Part shown: positions 24,514-37,960 of the stretch, in pieces
Position numbering within the stretch: position 1 is the stretch's first letter
Layout of the letters: each line of letters opens with the position of its first letter
NCBI RefSeq assembly: GCF_006345805.1
Contig: NC_043000.1
Span: 58,218,001-58,282,000, forward strand
DNA length: 64,000 nt
Direction: 5' to 3'
Origin: Octopus sinensis
Taxonomy: Eukaryota
Notes under the pieces: model-generated
The model's database searches: none
What the model was told of the DNA's origin: nothing
Seen by the model: only the letters and a program-made list of their open reading frames with translations
Made by a program: the position numbers and the translations under genes

Positions 24514-24812
24514 GAAGGCATGTGGCTTAGTGGTTAGGGCATTCGGCTCATGATCGTAATGTTGTGAGTTCAATTCCCAGCGACGCATTGTGTCCTTAAG
24601 TAAGACACTTTATTTCACATTGCTCCAGTCCACTCAGCTGGCAAAAATGAGTGGTACCTGTATACTCTGTGTCACTCTGAATCTCCCTGAGAACTACATT
24701 AAGGGTACACGTGTCTGTGGAGTGCTCAGCCACTTGCATGTTAATTTCATGAGCAAGCTGTTCTGTTGATTGTATCAGCTGGGACCTTTGTTGTTGTAAC
24801 TGATGGAGTGCT
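24514..24812 (+). mobile_element. tRNA-headed SINE family D, near full length
   Basis: ggcatgtggcttagtggttaggg...gagttcaattcc...gtgtccttaagtaagacac...ccactcagctgg. Confidence 0.85.
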
Positions 24813-24814
24813 CC

Positions 24815-24850
<36 letters not shown>

Positions 24851-25982
24851 CATACATACATACATACATACATAGAAGAAATAATTGAGATTCAGTAGAA
24901 TTAGGTACTTTAGTTGAAGCACCAAGTCAGTGCGGTATTATCCGTACAACTCAAAGTAAGGTGAAGAAAATCAAAATAAGCAACAGGATATCAAGATGTT
25001 TCAAGATGTTTCGACTGTTTCAAGTGCTTTCATTTTTTCTATTTTCTCATTTTTTTTGTTTAATTAAATGGAGCCGCCTGAAACAGTCGTACTGCATCAT
25101 CTCTTGATGGTGTGTGTATATGCACACATATACACGCACCACCCTACCATATATAGAACACATACAGACCCTTTTACACACACCACAATAAACTCTGGGA
25201 CCAATCAAAAATGGCCCACACACACGAACACCAACACATATATATACACACACACATAGAGATGTGCACAGAGACACACACACTCACACCATTCTGACCT
25301 CTGAGACCAGTCCCAAAAACCACCGAACCATGACAGACTAAATCCTTTTAATTCCACATTGCTCTCCCCCCCACCAACCAACCTCCCATACTTTCCCTTT
25401 AAATAGCAAACAATCCTTAGCTACACACAAAATCAAAAATGTTAGGAAGACAGGTTGGTTCCTCTCAAATTCTTTGTAAACTCTGGAATATATCTCCTGT
25501 GTATATATATACTACCAAACAAACATGATTTTTATTGAACTAATATGCTTTCTGTGTATGTATATAGATACTACCAAACAAACATGATTTTTATTGAACT
25601 TCTAATACTTTTTGTTGAATATTGTCTTAAATACTTTCTTGTAAACTGTTTTTAACATTTTCTTATTATTATCAAACAATGTATATAAGTATTTTAATAT
25701 TTTTGTGACAACCAGTACTTAACACAACAAACCTTTATACAAAGCTTTACATTTTACTTTTGACAATCTTTTTCTAAAAAAGTGAAACTGGCCAAATGAA
25801 TAAACATCTTTAAAATTGCATTTTCAAACTGTCTTTCATATATATTTCCACACGTGCAGTACCTTACAACTTCACTTTGTTATATAAATGTATACACAAA
25901 CAAACTATATTTATATATGTATATGCATATATATATATACACACATACATATTTATATATGTGTATATATATATATATATAT

Positions 25983-26064
<82 letters not shown>

Positions 26065-26088
26065 AGGGGGAGAGAGAGGGAATGTGAG

Positions 26089-26395
26089 AGAGAGGTAATG
26101 TTTATCCCTACTTAAATGTGGATGTTCTGTTAGAGAAAATTTTACTGCAGTAGACACTATGAAAGAAACTCTCATGTCTTTTGGTGCAAAATGCACTCTT
26201 GCTTATAATTCTAGCAGGGAGGTAAATCCCTGCCCCCTCCAATGCCGAGACCATCAGATCTTCCTGCTAGCGATATAAACAAGAGTGCATTTTTCACCAA
26301 AAGCCAATATGAGAGTTTCTCCCATGGTATCTAACACAGTATAGTTTGTTCTGACAGAACATCCATGTTTAAGTGGGAATAAATATTACTTCTCT
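26089..26395. mobile_element. Fold-back MITE-like element (about 125-bp imperfect arms)
   Basis: cttaaatgtggatgttctgtt ... cagaacatccatgtttaag; a second partial left arm is at about 27750-27825. Confidence 0.8.
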
Positions 26396-26430
26396 GTATT
26401 AATACTGTCTCTGTCACTAATATATGAATG

Positions 26431-27675
26431 TACGAGGGGTGTTCATTAAAAGATTTCCCCTGGCCCATCTTCAGTTATTGTAGGGAATGGAACTTGTACA
26501 GGTATAATTATACATGTCTCTACATGTCACATTGTAAATTGTAGCTTTCCTCTAGTATTCGTTTATCTTTTATGGTTGCTGAAGTGGACTATGGTGTTAT
26601 AATGGAGCAGTTGAATGCAGATCAATGATCAGGTTCTTATACTTGAAAGGTTGTACACCAAAAGAGAGTTTCAATGAGATGAATGAATTTTATGGTTATG
26701 ATGCACCATCATATGACGTAATCAAGGATTGGCATTGCCACTCCATATGTGGTTGGACATTGGTGGAAACTGCTCCTTTTCCTGGGTAACCCCATTTCGC
26801 CATTGATAATGACACCATCCATAAAGTGGAAGCTGCCATTTCGAAGGATCACCACATAACTATTCGGCAACTGGCCCAAGAAGTGAAGATAAGTGTAGGG
26901 GCCATGGAAAAAAATTTTTCCAATCATTTGCACTTGTGAAAATTGTTTGCACGATGGATTCTCAGAAGCAGGAACAAGTCAATTGCTCTCAGGCTCTTTT
27001 GGCAATGTGCCAAGAAAACAAAGAGAAATTTTTCAGCAGACATCACTATGATCCTGAGTCTAAAGTCCAATTGAAGCAATGAAAGCATGATAATTCACCA
27101 CCTCCAATGAAGGCTCGTGTCCAACCTTCAGCAGGCAAGGTGAAGCTCACGGTCATTTGGAACCAGCATGGAGTAGTGATGATGGATTTTCTGGCAAAGG
27201 GCATCATAATTGTTGGGGCATGTTATGCTTCTCTGTTGCAGAAATTGTGGGATGTCATCAATGCAGGGAGGTGTGGCATGCTGACCAATGGAGTTCGCTT
27301 CCTCCAAGACAACGTCCCAGTTCACAATATGCATGTTGCCCAGATGAAAGTACACTCCTGCAGCTATGAAATCCTTCCTCATCCTCCTTATTCTTTTGAC
27401 CTCACACCATCTGACTTCCACCTCTTTCAAATCATAAAGTCTTTTTTGAAGTGGAAGCACTTTTCAGATGATGAATTTATTTCTGAGAAAAGTCTTGGCT
27501 CCAAACGCAAGCTACTGACTTCTACAGACGAGGTCTTCACAGCTACATAAAGCGATGGGAGAAGTGTGTCACCATTGATGGTGGCTATGTAGAGATGGAC
27601 TAATAATTATGCCAAGTTTCATTTATCCCAAACCTTAGTAAGTCAGTCAGGGGAAATCTTTAATGAACATATGTA
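26431..27675 (+). mobile_element. Near full-length defective mariner (DD34D) element
   Basis: TIR tacgaggggtgttcattaaaagatttcccc and reverse ggggaaatctttaatgaaca; transposase KARVQPSAGKVKLTVIWNQHG...FLQDNVPVH...HPPYSFDLTPSDFHLF; stops and frameshifts upstream. Confidence 0.93.
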
Positions 27676-27691
27676 TATATCCTTATACGTA

Positions 27692-27738
<47 letters not shown>

Positions 27739-27811
27739 ATGTATATATTCTTACTTAAATGCGGATGTTCTGTTCAAACAAACTGAATTGCAGCAGATAC
27801 CTTAAAAGAAA

Positions 27812-27965
27812 CTCTCATCTGCAGTGGTTGGTGTTAGGTAGGGCATCCAGCTGTAAAAACCCTGCCAAAACAGATTCAGTAGCCTGGGATAATTTTCTAC
27901 TTGGCCAGCTTCTGTCAACCATTCTACCCATACATGGAGGATGGACATTAAATGATGATGATAAT
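27812..27965 (+). mobile_element. SINE family B fragment
   Basis: gtagggcatccagctgtaaaaac...catggaggatggacattaaatgatgatg. Confidence 0.75.
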
Positions 27966-28404
27966 GATATGTATATATATATCATCAGCAGCATCATTCA
28001 ACACCTGTCTTCCATGTTGATATGGGTTGGCCCTTCATTCAGTTATGCCCCTAGTCTCAGAAATATATTAGTAAGTACTCCAAAGCAGCAGACAGAGGCA
28101 GTATGCCCATATTCCAGTTTAAGTTTTAGTCTTTAGGTTCATTATAAATAGTGATATATTTAGAAACTTTGCAAATATGAGAAAGCTGAAAGAAATTTTC
28201 AAGTGTCATTTCAAAACTCAAGGCTATATAATCCATAAGGATTATACATACAGCTTTTGTTTGATAATGCCTTGTTGATGAAATTTGGATGATTACAACT
28301 GTATGGAAGCTTGTTTTATATGAGATTTTACTCTTCTCTGCTTTAAAGCCTTGCTGTCATATTATAAATCTATACACACACACACACACACATATATTAT
28401 CTTT

Positions 28405-28775
28405 TATCTTTTACTTGCTTCAGTCATTAGATAGTGGCCATGCTGGGGCACCACCTTGAAGAATTTTTAGTCAAATGAATTGATTCCAATTCTTTTTTTA
28501 AAGCCTGATACTTATTCTATTGATCACTTTTGCTGAACTGCTACATTATGGGCATGTAAATACACCAACACTGGTTGTCAAGCAGTGATGGGAGACAAAC
28601 ACAAACACAGACACAATGAAACACACACATACGACAGGCTTCTTTCAGTTTTCATCTACCAAATCCACTCACAAGGCTTTGGTAATCCTGAGGCTATAGT
28701 AGAAGACATTTGTCTAAGGTGCCATGCAGTGGGACTGAACCTGGAACTGTATGATTGGGAAGCAAGCTTCTTACC
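28405..28775 (-). mobile_element. SINE family A
   Basis: Reverse complement of family A. Confidence 0.85.
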
Positions 28776-29078
28776 ACACAACTACATTAACATCAGGTAC
28801 ACTGACATCAGGAAGAGCATTTAGTTATAGAATATAGCCACAACAAGCCTCATCCAACTTATGCCAGCAGGGAATAAAGTAAACTAAAAAAATGATAATG
28901 AATCACTCATACTGAGGATAATCGTGACTGTGATGAACATAATGGAAATGATGGCAATAGATTAAGCCAAAATCTAGATATCAACAAAGGAGCCCCTACA
29001 TCAGAATGTTTTCATTAACACTTTTATGATTCCAAAGACCAAAGTATAGTCCAATATGTCCTCATATGCATTCATTAA

Positions 29079-29288
29079 CTCTTTAGCATTCACATTATTC
29101 TGTGTAAAGTAATACTAATTTATTCATATTGTTTTGAATTAATCATGCATTATCTTGTAGCTTTGAGGTATTGATGAGGTAACTGTTAATTTTTAGAATA
29201 ACATTATAGGGTTTGTGTGAGAGGCCAGATCTGGCCACTTTGTATATAAAATGAATGGGATATTATGGCTGGTTTTAATACAAAAGGG
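29079..29288. mobile_element. piggyBac-type MITE (TTAA TSD), same family as 19717
   Basis: TTAA-ctctttagcatt...tacaaaaggg-TTAA; internal sequence shared with 19717-19937. Confidence 0.85.
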
Positions 29289-30091
29289 TTAAACTGACAG
29301 AACCATCATCAGTCAAATGAGGTGTCAGTATAACTTGGTTTTATTTTACATATGAATAACAAACTAAAATTGGCTTTTATAGGTGCCCATATTTACAAGT
29401 GAACATACCTTCCCATCAGTGGCCCATCAAGAATGGGACATCTTACTGGAGAAAGTCCTGCACAAGCAGTGGGCTGAAACATTCTTCATTGATCCTGAAA
29501 GGATGAAAAGCAAGTTGACCCCACTGGGATTTGAACTCAGAGAACAGAGAGCTAGAACATTTATTGTAACACATTTTTATTTTATGCTCTAACAACCCTG
29601 GCAATGGACTGCCTTAACCAAGAACAAAACATGAAAGATCATAAAAATTTTGTCATATTTATTTATAGATGCCAGAGATTGAGTTTCATACCCCCAACAT
29701 TTGGTTCCAGTGTTTGTAATGGGTATGGACACCCTCTAAATGGAAACCCTACTGTGTATATTTGCTTGATTTAGCAGCAAAATCTCTGTCAAATCACATC
29801 CTTTATGTTTTCAAGAAGGATAGATTGAGTGGTTTAAATACTAAAGGGTTAATACAATTCCCAATAATATTTAATTATAAAAATACAATAGGATTTTTTA
29901 AACACGAAATGGTTATAAGGATCCACCCAAGAAAAACAGGAATCAAAGTGGTCCATAAGCAAAAAAAATGGTTGAGCACTACTACTCTAGACTATATCTG
30001 ATGTGGCATAATGTCAAGTAAGCTGTTGCAAAGCATAGCCATTGCTTTTTGAAAAGTCTTTACTGGATTTTGGTTAGTGTACTTTTCTCCT

Positions 30092-30099
<8 letters not shown>

Positions 30100-30127
<28 letters not shown>

Positions 30128-30590
30128 ACATAAATAATATATAAACATATGAATATATACATACATATATGTACATACCTACATCTATATGTATATATAC
30201 ATGTATATATGGATACAGGAGAAACGAAAACATAAAAACAAAAACATGGAAACGAACTTTTTTTCAAACAACGAAAAAACATAGTACAAGACATGCAACA
30301 CAAGGAATATTCCCCTTCTTCAGTTGTCCCTATATCGTCTACTCCATGTTTCAAAGGTAAGGACAAGATGCGACTTCGTTGAAACAGTCCTTCCCGCAAA
30401 GCAAATTAAATAAAATTTGGGATCTTTTGCGAAGGGGTAAAAGTGGTAACAAGAACAGACAGTAAAAACAAGACAAGACGGTAAAAATAATACAAATAAA
30501 AACAGTGAAAGACAGGACAAGGAGAATAATACAGTAAAAACAAACGATGAGGGCTGTAAAAGCCAAGACGATGGAAAAATTATTATATAT
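30100..30590 (-). repeat. Dispersed repeat (probable PLE terminal-repeat derivative); related pieces at 23480-23640, 48835-48970 and 54770-54900
   Basis: Shared gggtacaggac...gagaaacgaaaacataaaaacaaaaacatggaaacg block. Confidence 0.55.
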
Positions 30591-30599
30591 ATATATATA

Positions 30600-31852
30600 T
30601 AGATTTTGCGTAAGATATTTGAGGACAGATTTTTTATGTTTAATAAAAAAACAGATATATAATAAGATAATAACTTTATTTATCAAAAAAATGCTATGAG
30701 AATAAAAATAAACCTTCTTTTCTATAATGTTATTCAATAAAGCCACCTTCAGCTTTAACAGCTGCTTCTATATGAAATCTAAATCATCTATATGCTTGAA
30801 TCAAGTGGTCCTGGTTAATTTTGGACCTTACTCTGACTATGGCAGCTTTCATAGAATCTTTGGTGTCATGGGCATGTTCATTGACCTCTCTCTTAACAAT
30901 GCTCCTCATATAATAGTTCAATGGATTGAGATTTGGGGAATTAGGAGGCCATATGTTAGAGGTTTTGTAATCATGAAAATTTTCAGCCATCCATTCCTGT
31001 GTTACTAGAGACATGTGTGATAGTGCAAAGTCTTACTGAAACACATATGGTCTTCCATTGCATACACTGTCTGTCCAGGGCTTAACAATTATTTCCAGGA
31101 CCTCAATGTAGGCGGCAGAGTTAACTCTAAGGCCTTGTAGAAAGAGGTAAGGAGGCGTCACATGTCCTTCATTGCTGACAACCCCTAAAACCATGACAGT
31201 TTTAGGAAATTTTGTATGCATAACATTTGGAACTTCTGAAGGGTCTGCACATAACCATCTGTCATTTCCTCTGTTAACTTTTTGATCTTGGTTGAAGTTT
31301 TTCTCATTTGAGAAAAACCAAATCAAATCTTCTGGATTTTTCAGTTTGTTTAAGAGCCTTTTAGATCTGATGTAGTGATTTTCTTTTGCTTTTTCGGACA
31401 AATTGACCTTTCCTCATCATATAAGACTTAGATCTGATGTCTTTATGGACAACATTTCTGACTGTTCCTTCTGACACATGGAGATCTTTTGCAGTTGACC
31501 TCATGGACTTTCTGAGATTGTAATCAATGGTCTGTTGAACTTGCTGGATAAATTCAGGTGTTCTGATGATTTCAGAGCATTTAGAATGCTTTTTATGCTT
31601 TGATACTGGTGATATGTTTCCATCTTCAGTCTCTAGCTCCTTACAAACTTTGCAGATGAAAGATCTGGCAACTTTTAAAACTCAAGATATTTCTAAATCA
31701 CTTTATAATCACAATAACAGTATGCCTCTTCATTTCTTGAGTAAACTGAGGGAGGGTCTGCCATTATTATTTTCTGAAACAAAGATTATAGTTAGCAAAA
31801 AATGCAGCAATTACCCAAAAATGGTGTTCCTAAATACATTATGCACCCTGTA
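30600..31852 (-). mobile_element. Defective maT/DD37D-type Tc1/mariner element
   Basis: KNFNQDQKVNRGNDRWL...TVMVLGVVSNEGHV...YVFQ and WPPNSPNLNPLNYY; TIR atgcaccctg-TA at 31850. Confidence 0.88.
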
Positions 31853-32681
31853 TTAATATATAATTCACTCATAGCATCACCCAGCTATGGGGGTGACCCA
31901 TCCTTCTTTTTTACTTCCTACCACCCACCCACTTTCACATCTTGATATCTTCTGCCAGTTTTGGTGTTGTTTACAACATTTGGTTGTTGTTGTCAGGGGC
32001 TGGGTTTTCTTTTTCTTCCTAACAAAATGTATGATTTGAATCTGTCTCTCTGCACATAGTAAGCATATTTTTGTTTGACTGGGGCTTGGTTTTGGAACTT
32101 ATTTTTGAAAAATATTTCAAGTTTTTTTTAGCATGAAATCAATCTGGTTTGATTTGACTCAGGGTCAACCATTTTTCAGTCCTGAACACTGCCTTTTTTA
32201 AGGGTGTGAAGGATCACATTCTCTAATGTCTCCTTACCCTATTTTTGGGATTTCAGGGAGCTGTGGCTGCTATTTCTAGCGAGTCAAATGACCACACAAA
32301 GGATGCCATGTTGGCTTGTAGAATTTTGTATTGTTATTGCTGTTGTTTAGTCCCCAGTTCAACTTTGATCAAAGACATTCCACTTGTGACCATTTATCCT
32401 TTTAGAGATATCTCGAACCATATTATCTAATGTAGTCACTACATAGTCACTTGACTTGCTAAATATAGCAGTCATATCTTTTTCTACTTGTTTATTAAAG
32501 AATTTTGTAGTATTTTGCTTAGTTGTATTTTGTTCAGATATTGTGTTACATTGGATGGTGTAATATGTTCTGCATTTATAATGCTGATATCAGGGAGGTA
32601 AATGTTACATTATTTCATGGTGCTGAGAAAATAGTTTTATGCAAAGTTATACATTGCTTTTTGAATGTCTAATTTTTGATA

Positions 32682-32885
32682 GAGCTGGCAGAATTCTTAG
32701 CACGCTGAGCAAAATGCTCAGCTGCATTTCCGTCCATCCTTATATTCTGAGTTCAAATTTGCCGTGGTTGACTTGGCCTTTCATCCTCTCATGGTTGATG
32801 AAATAAGTACAAGTTATGCACTGGGGTCATTGTAATCAACTAGCTTCCTCCCCCAAAATTTCAGACTTTGTGCCTATAGTAGAAA
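32682..32885 (+). mobile_element. SINE family E
   Basis: gagctggcagaattcttagc...ctgagttcaaattt. Confidence 0.85.
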
Positions 32886-33544
32886 GAATTGTTTGATTTT
32901 TTTCTTTTCTTTTATGAATGGTATGGTGTTACCAAATACAATTTCACTATGACATATAAACTAGTATCATTTGAAATTACAGAAGTGACATCGTTGAACT
33001 GAGTCTGATTTCATACTTAACCAAAGTTTCAAAGGAGCCTTAGAGAACAGCATTGTTAAGAATGTTTCTTTGTTTTTATTCCTAGTTAATTATTCAAGGT
33101 TAAGTGACTGCCAGACTTACATTATTTCAAGGGGCTAATTATAAACATCCACCTACTTCATGCACACACTCAGAAACGTGCACGTGCGCACTCACATGCA
33201 CACACATACGCACGCACACATGCACGCACGCGTGCGCACGCACACATACATACACACACACATGTATACCAGTGTTGGAAAAATTTTCCATGGGAGCTTT
33301 CTGCATGAAGAAGATATAGTTAAGTGCAAACAACCATATTTAAGTCTGTGACCCACAATTCGTTGTTCATCACTTGTAATTATAATCATAACTTCCTTTG
33401 AAAGTCATTATTGGTAAAGAAAATTAATTTCAACAGCAAAAAGACTACTTTACTAAGAATGACTAAGAATGTCATTTTAACCAATTAAAATTTCTTAGCT
33501 TGCCACATTCTGTATGTAATCATCACTTCAGTATTTAGTTTTCT

Positions 33545-36300
33545 CAGGTATATGAGGGTAACAATGGTACAGGAGTATGAGGAGAGAGAGGGGATCTTCA
33601 ATGCTCATATGATGATGTGGTCAAACATCCTATGGGTAAAAAAGCAGATGACCAATAACTTCCATGCCACTACTAACGACATCCTGGCACTGTATGGGCT
33701 TCGCAAGGACCATAAGGTGACCACTGACCCAGTAACAGGATCACCAACAAGACCAGTCTGCAGAGCCAATGTTGCCAACAACTACCAGATCTCCTACTTC
33801 CTCTCCATGATCATATGCCCTCTGATCAAAATGTCCCTGGATGTGTGTGCCAGCACAGAGGACTCCTCAGCAAAATCAATGACTGCAACCATGCCTATGA
33901 CCTGACAAGATGCATAATAGGCAGTATGGACCTAGTATTCTTATACCCATCCATTGATGTTGATTTTGCTGAGGAAAAATGCGTGGAGGTGATCAGCAAG
34001 AACAATGTGGAGTTCGTGGTGTTGATACTGAAGAACTGGGCTTCCTCCTGAGACTGACATATGACAATGATTACTTAGATAAACATGACCGTAGTTGTTT
34101 CTGCCCCACTAGACTGGTAAGAGATAGACCCTCTACTATAACTTCTATGGCCAAGAAGACCCCCTAGAGAGAGATAGAACAGGTGGACCAGAAAACTATA
34201 TGGACCCCCGAAAATAATGATCAGGTGAGAAAGATGGTCATACATACAGTGGGTGCGAGTACCAAGATCACACTCAAGGGCCACATATTTAAGTTTAATA
34301 ACAAGATATATGCCCAAGAGGAAGATGCAGCCATCGGTGTCAGTATCGCTGGTGATGTGGCTAACCTATTTATGGTATGGTGGGATAGGAGACTCAAAGA
34401 GAAATTTACAGAGAACTCCATAACCCTAACCATGTACTCCCACTATGTGGATGAAAGCAACATAGTAGCCAAAGCTCCCCTACTAGACAATGTTGATGAT
34501 CTAGAAGCTAACACTATGGAGAACATCCAGCAAATAACTAACTCCATCTATCAGAGTATGAAACTAACGATAAACTACTCTAACAAGCGACCCAACTATA
34601 GGCTACCAGTTTTAGACATGGAACTCTGGTTAGAAATCAAAAACAATAAGGTCCAGATCCTTCACTCTCATTATGCCAAACCCATGTCCTCTAAATACTT
34701 GTCTACAAGAACACAGCCATTGTGGACAACACCAGGGTTAATATTCTTATAGCAGACTTGGTGAGAATGATGAGGAATGTGTCTCACATGTGCAACTCTA
34801 TGGAATTGGAAAGATGCATACAACAATTCGTCCACCGGCTACAACCAAAGGGACAGGATTAGAGTGTACAAAGGAACCGGAGCTAAGTACAAAGCCATCA
34901 TAGAGTGATGCAAAGGGGATCTGCCCGCTATACAGGAGTAAATCCTGGAACAACACAGAAAGGGGAAGAAAAATGATGGATAAGGCCAACTCATGGTATG
35001 ACAACAAAAAATACCAGAGTGTCATGTTCATTTATGCTACTCCTGGCATACTTTTCTAGCATACTTTTCTAGAAAAACATTAGATAAAGCCAATCTACGG
35101 ATTAAAGTAGTAAAAAGGCCTGGTGCCTCTATAAAATCCCTGATCTGTAGAACTTATTCCTTTGATAGGTCCCCATATATGGAGAACAATTGTATTGTAT
35201 GTAGGATGAATCCACAGGTTAATTGTAAGGTTAGGAATACAGTGTATAGCTTACGATGTACTGAGGGATGGTGCAGAAGCATGACAGCCACTTATATTGG
35301 AGAGACAGCCCACAGCATAGGAGAGTGTATAGGTGAACACTGGCAAGAGCTCAAAGAAGAGAAAGGCTCATCAGTGCTCTACCAACATGCTCAAGCAGAA
35401 CATAGAGGCTCAGTTAATAGCATAGAGGTCAAAGTATTATCAACACATAGAACTGACTCAACACTTAGACAGATCACAGAGGCTACACACATAGCAATCA
35501 ATAGACCGAGCCTCAACAGTAAAAACAAATGGAACAATAACACCCACCACACAACATGACGACTAAAGACTGAAGGGAGAAAACAAAAGATACAAACACC
35601 ATAATACACATCCAGTAGACATATATGCACATACCTGTGATAAATAAAAAAAAAAAAATTAGAGACATGAAAAAACTGTATAAAGGGCATGGATACAAAC
35701 AACATAAGAAGCAAACCTATATACAAACACAAACATACGTATGGTAACCTCACAGACGGCTGCAACAATATCAACAATACAACTAATAATGACAACAGCA
35801 ACAGTGGTAACAACAATGGCAACAACAACAACAACAATAACTACCATGATGACAGCAATGAACACACAAACAGTGAGTTACAAGGATGTACTAAAAGTAG
35901 GGTTCAAGGGCAGTAACAGTGGCAATGGGGTAAAGAACGGGGTTGAGGGGAGGGTCATAGTGCTACTTAGAACAATGACACACACACAAAATCATAGAAG
36001 AACAAAATGACATAAGCAGAGCAAGAACATACACAAAGACGGAAAGTGTCACTGAGGAGGTCACAGATGTGTGACAAAAGATTTTCAGACCATGGACATG
36101 AGTTAGAATAAGAAGAGTAATAAACAAGTGAACAATGAATATATAGTGCATGTGTTTATTTGCCAAAAATAAAAAAAAAAAAAAAATAAAATTACCATCC
36201 TGAAATACAACAATATCTGTTTCAACACACAACTTCACATCAGGAATCCTGCAACACAAATTCATAAACATATACTTTTTTTGTTTTGTATTTATTTCTC
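33545..36300 (+). mobile_element. Penelope-like element (Penelope/Poseidon-type), defective RT + GIY-YIG + 3' repeat with degenerate HHR
   Basis: LYGLRKDHK...RPVC; GSMDLVFLYPSIDV; FKFNNKIYAQEEDAAIGVSIAGDVANLFMVWWD; YSHYVDE; LPVLDMEL; VYSLRC...YIGETAHSIGECIGEH...RQITEATHIAINRPSLNSK. Confidence 0.93.
36047..36090 (+). ncRNA. Degenerate hammerhead motif downstream of the PLE ORF
   Basis: gtca-CUGAGGA-GGUCACA(GAUG)UGUGAC-aaaag-auu-UUC-agac. Core 5' half and 6-bp stem II intact; G12 lost. Confidence 0.55.
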
Positions 36301-36357
36301 TAATTGCTCCATTTACGGTGGTTGATAGTCTAACTTACCTTTTTGTCTTTTATTTTT

Positions 36358-37005
36358 TTTTACTTGTTTCAGTTACAGGACTATGTCCATGCTAGGGTAC
36401 CACCTTGATGGGTTTAGGTGAACAAATCAACCCTAGTACTTATTTTTAATTTTTAAATCTGGTACTTATTCTGTCAGTCTCTTTTGCTAACCTACTAAGT
36501 TACAGGAATGCAAACAAGCCCAGCACTGGTTGTCAAGCAGTGGTGGGAGACAAACACAAACCTACCTGATAAGCTTCGACTGTTTTTATCTATCAGATTC
36601 ACTCACAAGACATCGATCACCCATGAAGGTGCATGGTTTAATTGTTAGGAGCATTCAACTCATGATCATAAGGTCATGCATTTAATCCTCAGCAGCTTTA
36701 TTCAATGTTGCTCCAGTCCACTCAGCTGGCAAAAATGATTTGTACCTGTATTTCAAAGGATCGGCCATGTCACATTCTCTGCCATGCTGAACCTCCCTCA
36801 GAACTACTTTAAGGGGAGGCATGTCTGTGGAGTTCTCAAACACTTTTACATTAATTTTCACAAGCAGGCTGTTCTGTTGATTGAATCATCTGGAACCCTT
36901 GTTGGTATAACTGACAGAGCACCCGTTATAGTAGAAAATACGTGTCCAAGGTGCTATGCAGCTGGATTGAATATATGGTTGCAAAGTGAGCTCCTTAATC
37001 ACACA
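36358..37005 (-). mobile_element. SINE family A interrupted by a family D SINE (36625-36920, plus strand)
   Basis: Family A body stops at about 36620 and resumes at about 36925 (tatagtagaaaatacgtgtccaaggtg). Confidence 0.75.
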
Positions 37006-37479
37006 GCCATGCTAATTTCACTTGGGAGTCTGGTTTATGTCAGGTGAAATTAACTTTTTAATGGGCACACAAGTGTCCGGTGCTACTGTATGAAGCTTTA
37101 ACTGTTGTGTTGAATTTATTTCTTGTTTGTTGAGAGTTGCATCTACCATTTGAAAAAGGATAGCAAGTCAGGGCTTTCTCATCAATAGCTAGGGTGCTCC
37201 AAATGCTGGTCAATACTTTCTCATCAATAGCTAGGGTGCTCTAAATGCTGAAAGCTTTGTTTTTGCTGCTTGCATAATGCTTTCATCTTTCTTGGTAAAC
37301 GATTTGGACTGGATTGAGTTTCTGGATCTTTGGTAATGATGCTCATTGTCATGAAGTATTCCACTGTTAGTTTTGCATGAGCAAATTTATGGTTTACAGG
37401 TTGCTTATAGAATAATGATGATGTTGGTAGTTCTTTGTGTCTGAGGAAGAGAATGATGCCCACATGTGGAGTTGATGCT

Positions 37480-37960
37480 ACAACTGCCAGTACTATCCAG
37501 TACCTGTTGTTTTCATCTCTTCTCTACTGTGCCTAGTATTAAAGTGAGAGTCAATCTGTGCAAGCCAATCCTTCTCTAGACTTGGAAGTCTGACCACAAT
37601 GGCTCAGTGGTCTAAGATGGCTACAGTGACCAGCAAGCTGTAGGTTTTATATTTGAGTGACTTTCTCTTAAGTAAAATGCCTTTACAGGGCTGGAGAGCT
37701 CCACCTGTGTTGGAGTTGCTGGAAGGGTGTCAAAGAGAGCTCCAGACTGCCTGAAGAACTCCTTGTTTTGCTGTGAAAGTTGATTCTCCTAGCTTTTTCC
37801 TTTCCCAAGATACTCACAAGGCAGTCAGTGTTTGTACTTGGAGTTTCTTTCATAACATGCTAATGAAGCTATAGCTGGGTTCTTGACAAGTACTACTATT
37901 CCAAAGTCAGAGTAGATCTGAGAACAACAGTGGCTAAGAGGTTGTTCCACACTCCTCAAA
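37480..37960 (-). mobile_element. Decayed LINE AP-endonuclease remnant
   Basis: Frameshifted SDH-AIVVRL-like motif; weak. Confidence 0.35.

Noticed and set aside
24985-25105. GAAACAGTCGTA and mirrored gactgtttc as a possible HHR palindrome
   Set aside because: No matching core or stem I; too degenerate.
25490-25600. About 60-bp tandem duplication (and an about 42-bp one at 37175-37255)
   Set aside because: Ordinary local slippage duplications; two units only and not CRISPR-like.
30300-30365. GAAAC...CTGAAGA-AGGGG as a possible type II hammerhead (minus)
   Set aside because: Stem I cannot form a hairpin and no GAAA follows the CTGAAGA.
32235-32400. Strong minus-strand donor (AGG|GTAAGG) suggesting an antisense exon
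   Set aside because: The upstream sequence is a dispersed repeat (gctagaaatagcagcc family, also near 9050 and 29760).
33535-33555. ttttctcag|gtatat as a recursive splice site
   Set aside because: Weak donor at a transposon edge; expected by chance in a 50-kb intron.
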